Source: Schmidtea polychroa
Lineage: Eukaryota
Direction: 5' to 3'
Assembly: GCA_044892525.1 (NCBI GenBank)
Contig: CM097885.1
Coordinates: 65,348,001 to 65,412,000 of the forward strand
DNA length: 64,000 bases
Positions 11,431 through 24,120 of the stretch are shown piece after piece; the first letter of the stretch is position 1, and each line of letters starts with the position of its first letter. Under the pieces are notes generated by a model, which was given only the letters and a program-made list of their open reading frames with translations, was not told where the DNA came from and made no database searches. The position numbers were made by a program, and so were the translations under genes.

Positions 11431-11959
11431 AAATTACATTTTTATTTATTGGTTCTCATTTTTATCAGAATTAATGTTACTGCGGTTTTAACTTTGTATT
11501 TGGTTGTCGTTTTGGTCAATTTTATTTTAACATTTATTGGTTTATTTAATTTAGTTTATCTTTTATTTTCGATCAAATCTCCCCCGTCGCACTCTCCTTT
11601 TCAAAACACTTTTAATTCCTTAATCGTTACTTTCTTTAGTCGACTCCCTTTCAACTTCGTCTTTATTTTATTTGACGAATTTAAAACAGTTAATTCTCGC
11701 TTCCCATTTTAACGTGCTCAATATTTTCAACGCATACCCATATCTCAGTTTTTTGTTTTTAATTTAGTCCCCATAATCAGATTCATTCGAATTTCTCACC
11801 ATGGTTTTATTTCATACTTTTAGCACAATTAGATCAACGCACTTCAACTCAATCCTTGGTTTCGTTTCAATTTATACCACATTATCATAGTAATTCAGTT
11901 CAATCCCCACTACATTCTAATATAATCAATTGAATTGAGTAAAATCAACTCATCCCGGC

Positions 11960-13230
11960 TGAGCCCCCAAAAATCATGTTGGAATACTTGGGGGGAAAGA
12001 AAATTTAAACGTTCTCCTAAGCTCAGAATTCGACTTCCCAAGCATCCAATATGACTTACAGATCATCTCCCTTATGTGTGCCCGTGGTGGCGAAACACGT
12101 TGGTACTGCGCACATAGGTCGGAATTTACCGGCAGGTGAGCTCCTATGTTAGAACTACTCCCGGCAAAATCTCGGTACGGGTTTGATGGTGCCATAGAAG
12201 GACTTACCCCGTTTTAGTCATTCAATCAGTGCGACCCTGGTTCAACGGGACGACTTTATCAACGAAAAACCCTCTTCAAGCAATTACCTTTAACTTGATA
12301 TTCTACAGACAAACAAAACTGGTAGTAACGATTACTATGATTTATTATTAACCACACACAAACAATGATTACATACAGATAGATTTCGCAGAATACAGTG
12401 AACACAGGACATACATTCAGAGTCTGGGAAAATGTTCGAGTGGACGGCCGACGATCACTTTGCCGCATCATGAATCAGTATTCAGAAAAACACTTCGCCT
12501 TCGGCTATGAAGGCGTCGATGTCCACCTGAAGCCGAGGGTCCTCCAGCGCTTTGCTTTCCCCAGCAGGGACGTGGCGATAACACTCGGTTGAGACTGACA
12601 CCATTGTTTGCGAAATTGCCTTATTAGTGGTCTGAGTGGCGAATAAAGAAGCTTCTAGGGCCGTGATGGTGTCTCGTCGCTTCTGGTTTTTCTCTGCTCG
12701 TTTCTTTGGGGCAGAAAAGTAGCTGCGACGGGTTGATTATTCGATGACTTAGAAGCGACGCCCTGTCCGGTAGTTGCCTGGAAATTCACTTCGCGTGAGG
12801 ATCTTGACAACATGGGTTCGATTAGTGGCGAGAGTTGGAATCCATGCCCCGAGCAACTAGTTGAAGGTTGCTGTGTTTCGTCATTTCGATGGTGGATGGA
12901 GAATATGTTGGTTCCCTCCTGGATGGGATACTCTCGTACCCGTTTGAGAATTTCCTATTCGGAGTACACTTTATGGAGCGCCTCGGATTGGGCTTTAATA
13001 TGGTCAGCCGTTGACATCGGCTTTTCTCCAGGAGGCTATCCCTGCAATGCTCTAGTCTGAGTATTTTTGTTTTCTCTGCCTTCATCTGTGGTGGAGAGAA
13101 CCACGTGCATTCTTATGTGTCTTTACGTTTTTTGAGAGCCCCAATGTACGCATGAAGTTTCCGGATGTCTTCATTCTTATCCGCGCATGAGAAGCACGGG
13201 CGGAGTTCTTTAGCTGGCAAATTTTACTCG
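11960..13230 (-). mobile_element. GC-richer, internally deleted relic of a probable RLE-type (R2/NeSL/R4-like) non-LTR retrotransposon
   Basis: Clear GC island. With frameshifts the 3' part reads FVDKVVPLNQG...EILPGVV-SNIGAHLPVNSDLC...GKSNSELRRTF, resembling a restriction-like endonuclease C-terminus. No RT motifs seen. Confidence 0.4.
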
Positions 13231-14344
13231 CTCATAACTGAAAAGGAAGAAAAACTTGGGCTTAATCAAGATACTACTAACAGAGCGCATTTATGAAGCT
13301 AATCCCACTTGCAACAACATCCCCTTGATCCTTACTTTGTGTTGTTAGAGAATAATCTCGTATCTTAGGCGGAATCGGTTTGACCGTCAAAACTGTAGAG
13401 ACGATATAAGACTACTTGTTCAAATGAATTTTATCATTGAAACGGGATGGTTAGGGTGAGGTTTGATCGAGTAATTTATTTATCCCTTTCACTCTTTACA
13501 CTATAGGACAATTGTGGTTGACTCGTAACTTTAATTGGTGGTTTCTAATATGTACGAAAAAATTTACTGGCTAAATGGAAACATGATTTGTTAAATCGTT
13601 ATTATGCAATAAATTGGTTCACATCGATACCAAACAAAATGGAACGATATAATTCCTGACGAGATGGCCCTTACAGTATATTATCTTGTTAATTACGTAG
13701 GGTCTACTATATTTACTATATTTGTGATTGCAGTACTTGACATTTTATTTCAGAATGACATCTCACAGGTGGCAAAAAGATACCATATTTCCTTATTCCT
13801 TGCCACTGTCTATCCTAAAATTATGGATTTTTGTAAATTCGTTTCTCTCTCAGTGTGATTGTTTACCTGTTGTGAAACATGATTATCTCCCTGAAGATCG
13901 CTTAATGACAAACTAACGTGGTAGCTTTATGACATCTCATGTTTACACTGCAGCATTTATAACTCGCTACTATAGCCTGTCTTAAATCGTGAAAAGTAAA
14001 TATTTATGTTCGTCATCCTAGTGTAATCAATTTTCAAGACAGATTATGATGATATCTACTAGCGATAGACCATCTGATCGACCGAAATTCTAAGCCTTGT
14101 ATTTTGAAAACGAAGAATATTCTATTTGAGAAGTATTTTCTGCAAATCTACGATTGAATTTGTTCTAGCTCAATTAGTGATAATATAAAATCAATATATT
14201 CTATGTTGAATCTAGTTTTTTTGTCAAAGCTATTTATGTATTTCGAAAAATTCACAACTACAAGCTTTTTTTTTCAAACTAGTTTTAGATTTTTTACTTT
14301 TTGACTGCATCCTAGTCAGATCATAGCCCGAAATTTGTCGCATT

Positions 14345-17180
14345 TTATTTTTAAATTGTTACAAATTAATAATTCGGCTTTAACATGATCAGGCGTTAAA
14401 CGCTTCCTTTTATCCCACCACAATGAACCCATTACTGAAAATATTCGTTCGACGAAGGAAATACTAGTGGGAATACTGAATAAAAATTCCATTAACTTCC
14501 TCAGTAAAGAATATATTCCTTTCCTCGATATTTGCGCCTATTTCTATTTTTGGTACTTTTCGTTTTCAGTAATATATTTAGTTAATATATCATTTAATAA
14601 GCATAGCTCGTGAAATAAATCTTCACCTTGTGATTCGATATCCAAGTTTAGATACGCATTTATTGCAATACAGTCATTAATTTTGGGAACACATTGCTTT
14701 ATATAAAAAATTTTAGCATTCTACAAAATTGTATTTCCAAAATCATACCAATCGTTTAAGTATTTCAATGCTCTAGTATATATGGTGTCTGCTTCATTTT
14801 TAAATCGTATTTTACCGGCATTAGACAGAAGCGCTAATTATTGATTTACTATAAAACAGTAAAAGTTTTTTTCTTTCCTTTTTATATGTTGAGGTCTCAC
14901 TATTTGAAAACTCCATCTTTACGGGTTCCTATATAAATATGAACTAAGATGAAAGCGTTTGTTTTAAAATTTTATTTTATATAACAAAATTTACCAATAT
15001 AGTTCCAATACAGATTTCTTCCTAAGATATAGTATGCGAAAATGTGCGTGCAGATTTGTATTTGTGTGTGTGTTGTATATGCGTGTTATGTTGCGTGCTT
15101 TTCTTTCGACGTTTTTGTTGTGTCAGTCGTAATTTGAAATCTAATGAGGATTTACCTTAGATTACGAGCTAATATGGTTTAATTTTTGGGCGAATAAAAT
15201 CAATTTTTGCTCGCTATTTATACCATTTCTTATTACTATATTTCAATTAATGTTTTTTAAATGTACTTGGGTATGCAATTGATATTATTACTACTCATAT
15301 TTATTAATGTTATGTATTATTATTATCAATTAAATACTTGTTATTATTATTATTGCCATTATTCTATCCTTATTAATATTTTATTATCTTTTGCCTTATT
15401 ATTTTTACTTCTTTTCGAGTGTTCTACTTATTTAGATGAAATTATTAACTCTAATTTCAATTACCTCAAGTTTATGAATTCAGCTGTCAATAAATGATTA
15501 ACCCCCTTTCAAACATGTTTTTATATATTAAAATGTATTTACCAATGCACATAAAGACAAATGAATAATATTAAAGATAATTAAGTATACATCGATACAA
15601 AAGATACCATCACTAAATTATTTACAATCGTTCATCAATAAAAAAAGGCATCAATAAAACAGAAATGAATTGTTCGAAAAAAAAGCTGTTCATTATATCA
15701 ATGAATTGTCTATTTACATAAATTAACATTGTTAAAGTAAATTGAGATGTGCTGTCAATCGTCAATGAATAAGTTGTCTTGATGTTAGAAAGATTTGAAA
15801 TTGGCTATGGATTGCACTTATTTGCGATTTGATTCATTAATTATTATGCGGCTCTACGTATACGTTTACCCGGTATCTGTTTGGACCGGTCTTATAGTAA
15901 TTTGTCAGCTCAAATTCTTTAATTCTTCAACCCCTGTTATCTAACATTTAATATCATTTCTCAATTTTTTGAAAATATCATCTAATTCTGTTGTATTTTT
16001 GGAAAATATAAAGAAATGAATGTACAAAATACAATATAATTTCTGGCAATGTTTTTGTTTCACTCAATCCAAAAAAATTTCCAAATTGTGCGGTCACATA
16101 CTTCCAGTACTTGATTTAAAAAATATTCTTTAATAGCTGGCCAGTTTTTTAAAAGCCTATCGAAAGCCTCATAAAGACCAACCCATCTAGTGGAAACATG
16201 ATTCAAGGTCTCATAATATGGTAGTTCTTAAATATTCGAAGCAATCCATTAATTCTTTGACTTTTGTTGTGCTTGAGAAAAATTCAATGTATACTTTTAA
16301 AACTAACGTTTCAACATCAAATGACATGATTTTTAAGGCATATTTGACAGTATTGTTGAGAATTTGACAGTTACAATTAGCTTTGTACAGTTTTGGATTT
16401 ATTTCCGGAAGCTTTGAATAAAGTGAAGCTCGACAGCCAAAATTAACCGGAGCATTATCAGCCCAAAAGATGTCATGTAGTCAATATTCAAACCAACATT
16501 TTTTATCGATGATATAAGAAGTTCGAAAATTTCTTCAGCCGTTTCACCACATTGTTCCTAAAAATCGATAAGAGAATCAACTATCGGCTTTTCCTCGTCA
16601 TACATATTAAAATAACGTACGGCAGTAGGAAACATTTTTGTGTTTCCCTTATTTGAAGCGTCTGTTCATATGCTGAATGGTAAGTGTGGCAAATTAGAAT
16701 TTGTTCGAATAATTTCACTGATAACCGATTCGAGAGCTTACGGGGGTAATACATTTTGAACAATCGATTCTATTTTAGTTCTTCTAAGCTTCATTTTCTG
16801 AGATATCTTGAAATATTGTCGAATTTACTTTATTTTCGCATTTCATAGATAAAAACCTATGGTGGGATTTTACGCCATGATAGATATGACAATTATGCTG
16901 CTGCGACTTCATCTTCTAGTAGTGTGTTTAAAAAACTTTGGAGATTTAACGTATGCATTATGCAAACTATGTTTTCTAATGACTTTTAGACTCCATGTGC
17001 GTTTTTACAGCTTTTAAACCGTCCCATTTAATACTGAACCTCAAATTACAAATGCAATAGTTTGCCATTGTATCTCTTAACAGGCAGACATCAACCATTT
17101 TGAATATTCAGTACATGCAGCCATTCACTATTACATTTTCATGTCATTTTTCGTTTTTTTGTTTCTATGCTTGATTCCAT
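14345..17180 (-). mobile_element. Decayed hAT transposase split by an insertion at about 14900-15830
   Basis: N-terminal CICNLRFSIKWDGLKAVKTHMESKSH; catalytic TDASNKGNTKMFP, (G)ADNAPVNFG and STRW; C-terminal FSIPTSISFVERIFSVMGSLWWDKRKRL..VKAEL. Confidence 0.75.
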
Positions 17181-17537
17181 GATATTGTTAAATTGACTCA
17201 ATACTGAAAGGTACAAATAAAAAATTGTCTTTATAATCAACAAATTTATAAAATTACTTTTGCCAATGTTACACTATCATTCATATGATTAATGGTGAAT
17301 GATAATGAAGAAGAATTTCACACACTTTGATGAGTTTTTATTGAATAATTAAATATTAAATGTCACACACAAACAGCTATCACATTATCGATCGTTAAAA
17401 CTTTCTGTACAGATAATAGCATCGGCGTCCTATCTATGAAACAAAATTATAAAATATTTGAAAAATTTTATATAGTTTGTTCCAACCGAAACAAAAACAA
17501 AACGCGTTGTACTGAACAAAATCAAGGAGAAGAGATA

Positions 17538-17580
17538 ATTTCGCGGTTAATTTAAAATGCTTTTAAATTACCCGCGAAAT
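17538..17580. repeat. 43-bp hairpin (20-bp arms, 1 mismatch, 3-nt loop)
   Basis: ATTTCGCGGTTAATTTAAAA-TGC-TTTTAAATTACCCGCGAAAT. Confidence 0.85.
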
Positions 17581-18279
17581 AAATGAATATAGTAAACTCG
17601 ATTTAAAATATTTTGTGACAAATTATTTAGTTGACGACAAATCGAAGTGGCAATCCAATTCAGATACAACCCGGGAATTTTTGGGTTTCGCTTGGTCACC
17701 CAGACACGTTTCAAAACCCGAAATGGCCAGAAAGTAAAATATAATATTGATTTCTCAACTCAATTATTTTAAGCAAAAAATATTTAGATTTGAAGTTATT
17801 TAAATAATAAATATTAATTACATGTTGGTCAATCCAAATAAGTTATTTCAATCAAAGAAAAATCATGCTAAGATGTGTACATTATTTTATAAATTTTCCA
17901 AAACAATTTCTTAAAATTTTAAGAGCTATTTATATTGAAGGAATATTTTCTTAAGAAAATTGTTTTGATTTGATAGTCAATTTGCGAAGTGTTTTCTGAT
18001 TCATGAAATACGAATAATTCATTATTTTTAAAAGACAGTTATTATTACAGTCAGTAACTACACAATTATTTATAAAAATAGAATAGCATTATTATTTTTA
18101 GGCTAACACATGATATGTGGAATTTTTTACTCAATTTATGTTGTTACTACTGAGTTAATTTTTTAACCTAAATTGTTAAAAGTTTCAAATAAATACATGT
18201 GTTTATTTTACTTGTTGGTATTACATATTTTTTGAAACGTCACATCTAATAATAATTTTTAATTCTAAATTTTCAAACA

Positions 18280-19010
18280 ATGTGGTTCGTTATGAGTTCA
18301 AACTTAGAGACAGTGCAGCTGAAGTAACTAGTAATACTAAAAGTTTATATGGTGAGACTTCTGTATATGAACAAGCATTTCAGCGTTGTAGATGAATCGT
18401 TCGAAGGCGAAGTTTTGAAGAATTTTGCACAGAGTGCATAATGCACGTTAATCATACATCAATATTACATCTCCAACATATTGATAAAGTCAAAAAGATG
18501 AATAAATGAGTGCCTCATAAACTCTGGCATAAGAAAACTGGACCGACTTAATGTGTGTTCTTCAGATTTTATGACGAATGACCGTGAACCATTTAAGGAT
18601 AGAATAGTGACGTGCAACGACAAATTGATATCGTGCGACAATCCTAAGATATAAACTCAATTTATAGATAAGAACGAACTCCCGCAATATCATTCAAAAC
18701 TTTCCCTATATCCAAAGTTAATGTTTAGTGGAGTATATATGGTTTAGTTAATTATTTGTTCCTAGCCCGTGGTGAAAGTTTAACAACAGAAAGTGTTGAC
18801 AATATTTTGAAAAGATGCATGAAAAACAGAAAATAGAACGACCGGTATTAATAAATCGACAAAGACTTATTCTCTTATAAGATAATGCATGACTTCATAC
18901 ATCACATATAACTGTTCAAAAACTTGATGAGTTCAATTATGAAACCTTACAACATCCACCCTATTCACAACATTTATTTCCAACCAACTATCACTTTTCA
19001 GGGGAAAATA
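18280..19010 (+). mobile_element. mariner (DD34D) transposase relic
   Basis: RYEFKLRDSAAEV, K*VPHKL (WVPHEL), EPFKDRIVTCND, DNA*LH and HPPYSQHLFPTNYHF (YSPDLAPSD) motifs, with many lesions. Confidence 0.8.
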
Positions 19011-19091
19011 TTTTATAGTCGAAATTAAGACAGTAGTCAAAATCTCTTGTAAATCGTTGACAAAGGTATGTGAAGAGTTTTTATTTAATAA

Positions 19092-20134
19092 TGTTGGGTT
19101 TTAGATTACTTTAAGTCGGTTCCCTCTGACTCCTCGTGTCCTTTAAATCAAAACAATAACGACCCAACGTATATTGAAATAACAAATTCACAATCCTTTA
19201 TCACCACTTTACAATTAACAATCAAAATTCCGTTTGACCGATTCTTCGCTCGGTTTTGATGCGTTGATAAAGATAATATTCACCTTTTAGTTTCTTAGGT
19301 TCTCTTGACCAACGTTTTCCTCTTTTTCTGTTTGATTCGATCCTTTTCTCGCTTTTTATTCTTATTCTATCTCTTCTTTTTCCTTAATCTCTTAGATCCG
19401 TTTTCGCCTTTTCCTAAGCTCAGTTTCTTCTTACCCTACCTGAGGCAAAATGCCGATTTGCTCTGATTTTCCCTTTCCTTATATACTCCTCGAAATCGGG
19501 ATGACAAATGGTTATTGTCGAGCCAATCTTTCACTTGACATTTGCTTCCACGTATCTGCTTCGGCTGTCACCCATAATGGTCCAACGAACCAAGATAATT
19601 AATGGCCCTTCCGGCCTTTCTGCACGCACTATCTTCTCCTTGCTCTTTTCCGATTAATCATTGTGTCAAGCTGATGGGCCCAAATCTTCCTTCTGTTTAC
19701 TTTTCTTCTTGTTTACCCAGGTCGGGTTTCCTTCATCTCACGGGTTCTGCATTGGCTCGAGTTTTCTATTAGCCAATTAATTAATTAATTAACGTTTTTT
19801 GTTTTTACACGTTTGAATGCTTTTCGACCCTTCCTAACCATTTTCTGATAAATCTCTAGCCATCCTTTTGTTGACCATTAGCTATTCTATACCTGTCCCG
19901 TTTTCCCCATTCAATTTCGATGATTCTTCAATTTCTTGATTTTTCTCGGATTTCCGGATTCTTGCCTTTCGTAATTGCTTTTGGCATTTTCTAGTACTGC
20001 TTCCATCACACTTTCCTTTACTATCGATTCTGTGCATGATGCCGCTTTTATTTGTCTTTTTTCTTCACTTACTTTTTATTTAAATTATTAACCTAAATTT
20101 AATTTAAATTTATTTTAATTCACGGACTTCAACA
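19092..20134. mobile_element. Solo LTR, 1043 bp
   Basis: TGTTG...CAACA termini with 4-bp TSD ATAA (19088-19091 and 20135-20138); TATA-like TATATAAGG on the minus strand near 19480. Confidence 0.8.
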
Positions 20135-20206
20135 ATAAGTTAGGTTTTAAGAATTTTGTAAATTTAATTTCTCCTCGTTAAATCACACATTTCATATGCA
20201 CTAACC

Positions 20207-22561
20207 CAGGGGTCTCAAACACGCGGCCCGCAACGAAAAAACAGATTTGTAATTTAACCAAACTTATTTAACAATTAAAATCATAATTGACTGTATAAAT
20301 TAAAACTAATCTTTTTAATTATTTTTATTTATACATATGACGTCTAGTACAATTTAATAATGGCTTTATTACGTCTTTCTTATGAATCTTATCGAAAACA
20401 GTTTATTTATTTTAAAAATTATTGATTTTATTATTTAAATTAAAAAATATAAGTTATATTAAAAATACATATATTTTACATAATTTAAATTTTTGTTTAT
20501 TTTAATTTAATGTTATTTCAATCAACAAATAATAATTGGCATATTTAAAATTTTTTATACCCATCACAAAATGACTTTGTTATCTAGAAAAAGAAAACTC
20601 GTTGATGAAAGAAGGGTTTTCCAAGAGAAGTGGGAGAATTTATATTTTTTCACAGAGGCGAGAGATAAAATTCAGTGCCTTATATGCCAGCAGACTATTG
20701 CAGTACCAAAGGAGTTCAACCTTCGCCGGCACTACGACACTATGCATCGTGAAAAATATGATAAATATACTGGAAAAATTCGAGATGAAAAAGTTAACAA
20801 GCTTAAAATAGAATTTGATAAGCAACGAAACTTTTCGAATTTAAGCCAATTTGCAGAAAATTCAGTAAAAACAAGTTTTGAGCTAAGCCTGATGATAGCT
20901 GAATCATCGCGACCTTTCACAGAAGGTCCATTCATAAAAGAATGTTTTTTGAAGGCCAGCGAAATTTTAATTCCTGATAAAAAGAAACTATTCGAAAGCA
21001 TAAGTCTGTCTGCTAATACAGTTGCAAGCAGAATAACCGATTTAGCAGATAATGTGAAAAAACAATTTATTGAAAAGGCTGGAGATTTTGAAGCATTTTC
21101 GATCGCTCTTGATGAGAGTACTGATTTGGTAGATACTTCACAGTGCGCAATTTTTATAAGAGGAGTGGACAGTAAATTTAATGTAACGGAAGAATTTCTA
21201 GACTTGGTACCATTGAAGAATACCACAACGGGACGTGATTTATTTAAAGGATTGGAAGATTGTCTTGAAAAAGCTGGATTACCATGGAACAAACTTGTAT
21301 CAATGGTCACGGATGGAGCGCCAGCTATGTGTTCACAAACAATCGGTGTTGTTGGATTGGTGAAGACCAAACTACAAAGCCTCAATATACCAAATAATAA
21401 TTTCACTAGCTTACATTGCGTTGTGCACCAAGAAGCTCTGTGTAGCAAAAGTATTAAAATGATGGGTGTCATGGATGTGGTTGTGAAAACGGTCAATTTT
21501 ATACGTTCACGAGGCTTAAATCACCGACAGTTCACTTCTTTCCTAGCAAGTATAGAAAGCGAATATCGGGAAATTCTTTATTACACCGAAGTTAGATGGC
21601 TGAGTCGAGGAAATGTGCTGAATCGTTTTTTTGCACTTAGAGAAGAGATTTATTCTTTCATGAAACTCAAAAAGAATGAGGTTCCACAGCTTACTGATGC
21701 CAAGTTTATTTGCGACCTTGCCTTTCTGACAGATTTAACTGGTCATTTGAATGCATTAAATTTAAAACTTCAGGGCAAAAGACAAGTCATTACACAGATG
21801 TATGACAGTGTTAAATCATTCAAAGTCAAATTGTCTTTATTTCAAAGACAGCTTATTGTAGGCAACTTAGCCCATTTCTCAACTTTGAATTCCTTAGGAA
21901 AAGTCGAAAACCAATCCCTGAAAGAATATGCAGATATAATTTCAGATTTGCATCAACAATTTGTTTTATGTTTTAACGATTTTAAGGCACTTGAACCACA
22001 TTTTCAGCTTTTTGCAACACCATTCGCCGTTGAGATTGAAAATATAGCAGAGGAAATGCAGATGGAATTAGTAGATCTTCAGTGTGATTCCATATTGAAG
22101 CAAAAGTATTCAGATGTTGGAATTCTAGAATTTTATCAGTTTGTTTCAAAAGAAAGGTTTCCTATGTTACTTTCTGCTGCTGCAAGGATGATAGCAATGT
22201 TTGGAAGTACGTATGTTTGCGAACAATTTTTCTCTTCCATGAAAATTATCAAATCGCCATTAAGATCTAGGCTTACTGATGAACATCTGCAAGCATCTCT
22301 AAGACTGGTTTCATCACAGGACATTAAACCTAACATTGATGCCTTGGTTGATGCTAAACGATGCCAGGTAAGTGGGCAAAAGATGGATTGATTTCACAGT
22401 AACATTAATTTTAGTATTTTAATTTAAGAAAGCAGCATAATGAATGCTAAAATATTAAAATAAAATGTTTTTTAGTTTTGTTGAGTTTTTAATTAAATAA
22501 ATATTAACTTCGGTCTTTCAGACTCCACATGTTCTGGAAAACAATTATTTATGTTGCGGCC
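20207..22561 (+). mobile_element. Buster-type hAT element, left TIR present, right TIR missing
   Basis: CAGGGGTCTCAAAC-ACGCGGCCCG at 20207 after CACTAACC (TA at positions 4-5). Subterminal ATGTTGCGGCCC at about 22550 abuts the exonuclease-like fragment. Confidence 0.8.
20571..22391 (+). CDS. Intact hAT (Buster/SPIN/GTF2IRD2-like) transposase, 606 aa
   Basis: N-terminal CLIC..RRHY...H finger, ALDESTD, TDGA, HCVVHQEALC, EVRWLSRG and STYVCEQFFS; no stops or frameshifts. Confidence 0.95.
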   Translation: MTLLSRKRKLVDERRVFQEKWENLYFFTEARDKIQCLICQQTIAVPKEFNLRRHYDTMHREKYDKYTGKIRDEKVNKLKIEFDKQRNFSNLSQFAENSVKTSFELSLMIAESSRPFTEGPFIKECFLKASEILIPDKKKLFESISLSANTVASRITDLADNVKKQFIEKAGDFEAFSIALDESTDLVDTSQCAIFIRGVDSKFNVTEEFLDLVPLKNTTTGRDLFKGLEDCLEKAGLPWNKLVSMVTDGAPAMCSQTIGVVGLVKTKLQSLNIPNNNFTSLHCVVHQEALCSKSIKMMGVMDVVVKTVNFIRSRGLNHRQFTSFLASIESEYREILYYTEVRWLSRGNVLNRFFALREEIYSFMKLKKNEVPQLTDAKFICDLAFLTDLTGHLNALNLKLQGKRQVITQMYDSVKSFKVKLSLFQRQLIVGNLAHFSTLNSLGKVENQSLKEYADIISDLHQQFVLCFNDFKALEPHFQLFATPFAVEIENIAEEMQMELVDLQCDSILKQKYSDVGILEFYQFVSKERFPMLLSAAARMIAMFGSTYVCEQFFSSMKIIKSPLRSRLTDEHLQASLRLVSSQDIKPNIDALVDAKRCQVSGQKMD

Positions 22562-23543
22562 CATCACTGATTTCTTCCACTGAACTGAGTTGATGGCTGA
22601 TCTCACTGTTGCCCGTCTGAAATGCTGTCATATCCCATCTTATGACTTCCTCCCACTGTTTTTCTACTATGTTGTATATTACTTTTGGCTCGGATTTTTT
22701 GAGGATATTGTTAACTGATCTATCTTTCTTCCACTTAGGGTGTGTTGCATTTACTTTATACGCAAGATTTGAGAGCTTGATTTTATGTGGTGCTACATAT
22801 TTTACAAATGAGCACATAAATACATCCTCTGCCAGTTCCCTAACTCTCATAACATTGTATAAATCCAACGTCAATGTTTTGAGCTTTTTTATTATTTCAT
22901 ATCCAACAATGATTTTTTCCATCAATAGCTTCTGCACATCCACCAATGCCTGATATTCGCCCTAGTTTCCTCTAGTTGAATCTCTGTCTGCTTTCGTCTT
23001 TTCTAGGTAATAGTGTTGAATTTTCGTACGTGGGGTCACTTTTTTATTATATACAATTTCTCCCCTGAAGTTCATGATGCAAATCTCCATAGGTCTGAGA
23101 TTGTTATTGATGTCTCCTACTTCTTTGACATCCACAAACATGATCGCTCTTTGTCTTTCCGGAATAGATAGCTGTTGATGTGTAAATGACATTTTCTTAG
23201 ATATGAAATCCTGATGTATTGTGATTTCTGATGGAACAACTTCAAGCTCTTTGAAAGGGTTTGGTATAGTTGGGACGTACAGGATTTCAATTGCAATTAC
23301 GCAAGGTAAATTATTTATTTGTATTAGGAGATTATTGAACTCATTTGGCATGCTTCAGTTGTTTTTGAGGGTTTTGATCACCACTGCGCAATTGCTTGTT
23401 GTAATTATGGGGATTCTTTGCTGACATATTGAAACTTCGATTTTTGTAATATGAAACAATATTCTGTGAGGAACTTTTCTCCCTTCGCTTGCTTCTATGT
23501 CCGCATTTTCGAACGTGTCGTAGGTACCAATCAGATCCCGCAA
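22545..23543 (-). pseudogene. REX4/ISG20-like DEDDh exonuclease-fold ORF, copy A (catalytic residues substituted)
   Basis: One frame with only two point stops (TGA 23355, TAG 22962): FVDVKEVG..MEICIMNFRGEIVYNKKVTP..LLMEKIIVGYEIIKKLKTL..VRELA..KLSNLA..IYNIVEKQWEE. Confidence 0.6.
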
Positions 23544-23821
23544 ATTTATTCTCCTAGCCTAAATGAATTTTATTATCTGCATTTCTCTTTCTTCAATCTC
23601 ACAATTCATTTCGTTGGGGATACATACTTGATTGGGGAAGCTTCTGATGGTAATTGGTGTTCCGTCTGAGGTGTTCTTGTTTTGAAGATTTTTGTAAAAG
23701 CTATTATATAGTTTCTGAATCGAGCTCATTTTTAAATCTTACTCTATAGGGCGATTCACTTCGCGCATTATTAACAATAATGAAATGTATTGTCAAGTCA
23801 AATTATCACACAAAATCTTTT

Positions 23822-24100
23822 TTAGTTTTGCAATTTTTGGTAATTCTCTTTTGTTCCCACATATAGTCCCAACCAGGGTAGTTTTTTTTGCAAGTGAAGG
23901 ACTAGTAAAAAATTATCTGTGGTTATGTTTCTTCCATAACCTAAATATGGGTAAGTAAGTATGAGCACTACGCGTTCCACCAAATGCATGTTCGTTGTTC
24001 GCATTTCATCTTCACCCAAACATGGGAAACCATTTAATATATATTTACATTTCATGACCGATGCTAACCAGAATTTTATGCCGAATTACAATGATACCAC
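23822..24100 (-). mobile_element. piggyBac (PGBD4-like) catalytic-core fragment
   Basis: GIKFWLAS..KYILNGFP.LG..VVL.LTYPYLGYGRNITTDNF. Confidence 0.8.
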
Positions 24101-24120
24101 TAAATCATAGAAATAATTAA

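Larger units (their letters stand above)
5965..11771 (-). mobile_element. Decayed gag-bearing LTR-type element 1, no pol detected, with UBL-like and RING cargo
   Basis: Gag-like ORF 9278-9829, a long downstream frame broken by point stops, UBL-like modules at 6117-8130 and a RING ORF at 10942-11430. The leader shares about 20 nt with the post-PBS leader of element 2. Boundaries approximate; it may be two adjacent elements. Confidence 0.55.

Noticed and set aside
13269-13277. U2 snRNA-like GTAGTATCT next to the non-LTR relic (possible Utopia target)
   Set aside because: Only 9 nt match and the flanks do not follow U2.
471-18520. Alternative genetic code: TGA at conserved Trp (Merlin, mariner) and TAA at apparent Gln positions (element 1)
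   Set aside because: The intact host genes and transposase are open in the standard code and end in TGA, TAA and TAG; single transitions in dead TEs explain the stops.
19800-20090. Solo-LTR end encoding a peptide similar to the C-terminus of element 1 (KRQ..IVKE, EW...RYRI)
   Set aside because: The similarity is too sparse to distinguish from chance by eye.
20732-21496. 254-aa minus-strand ORF, and similar antisense ORFs such as 3310-3708, 11410-11712 and 57636-57890
   Set aside because: These are antisense shadows of real coding frames or low-complexity sequence, with no independent motifs.
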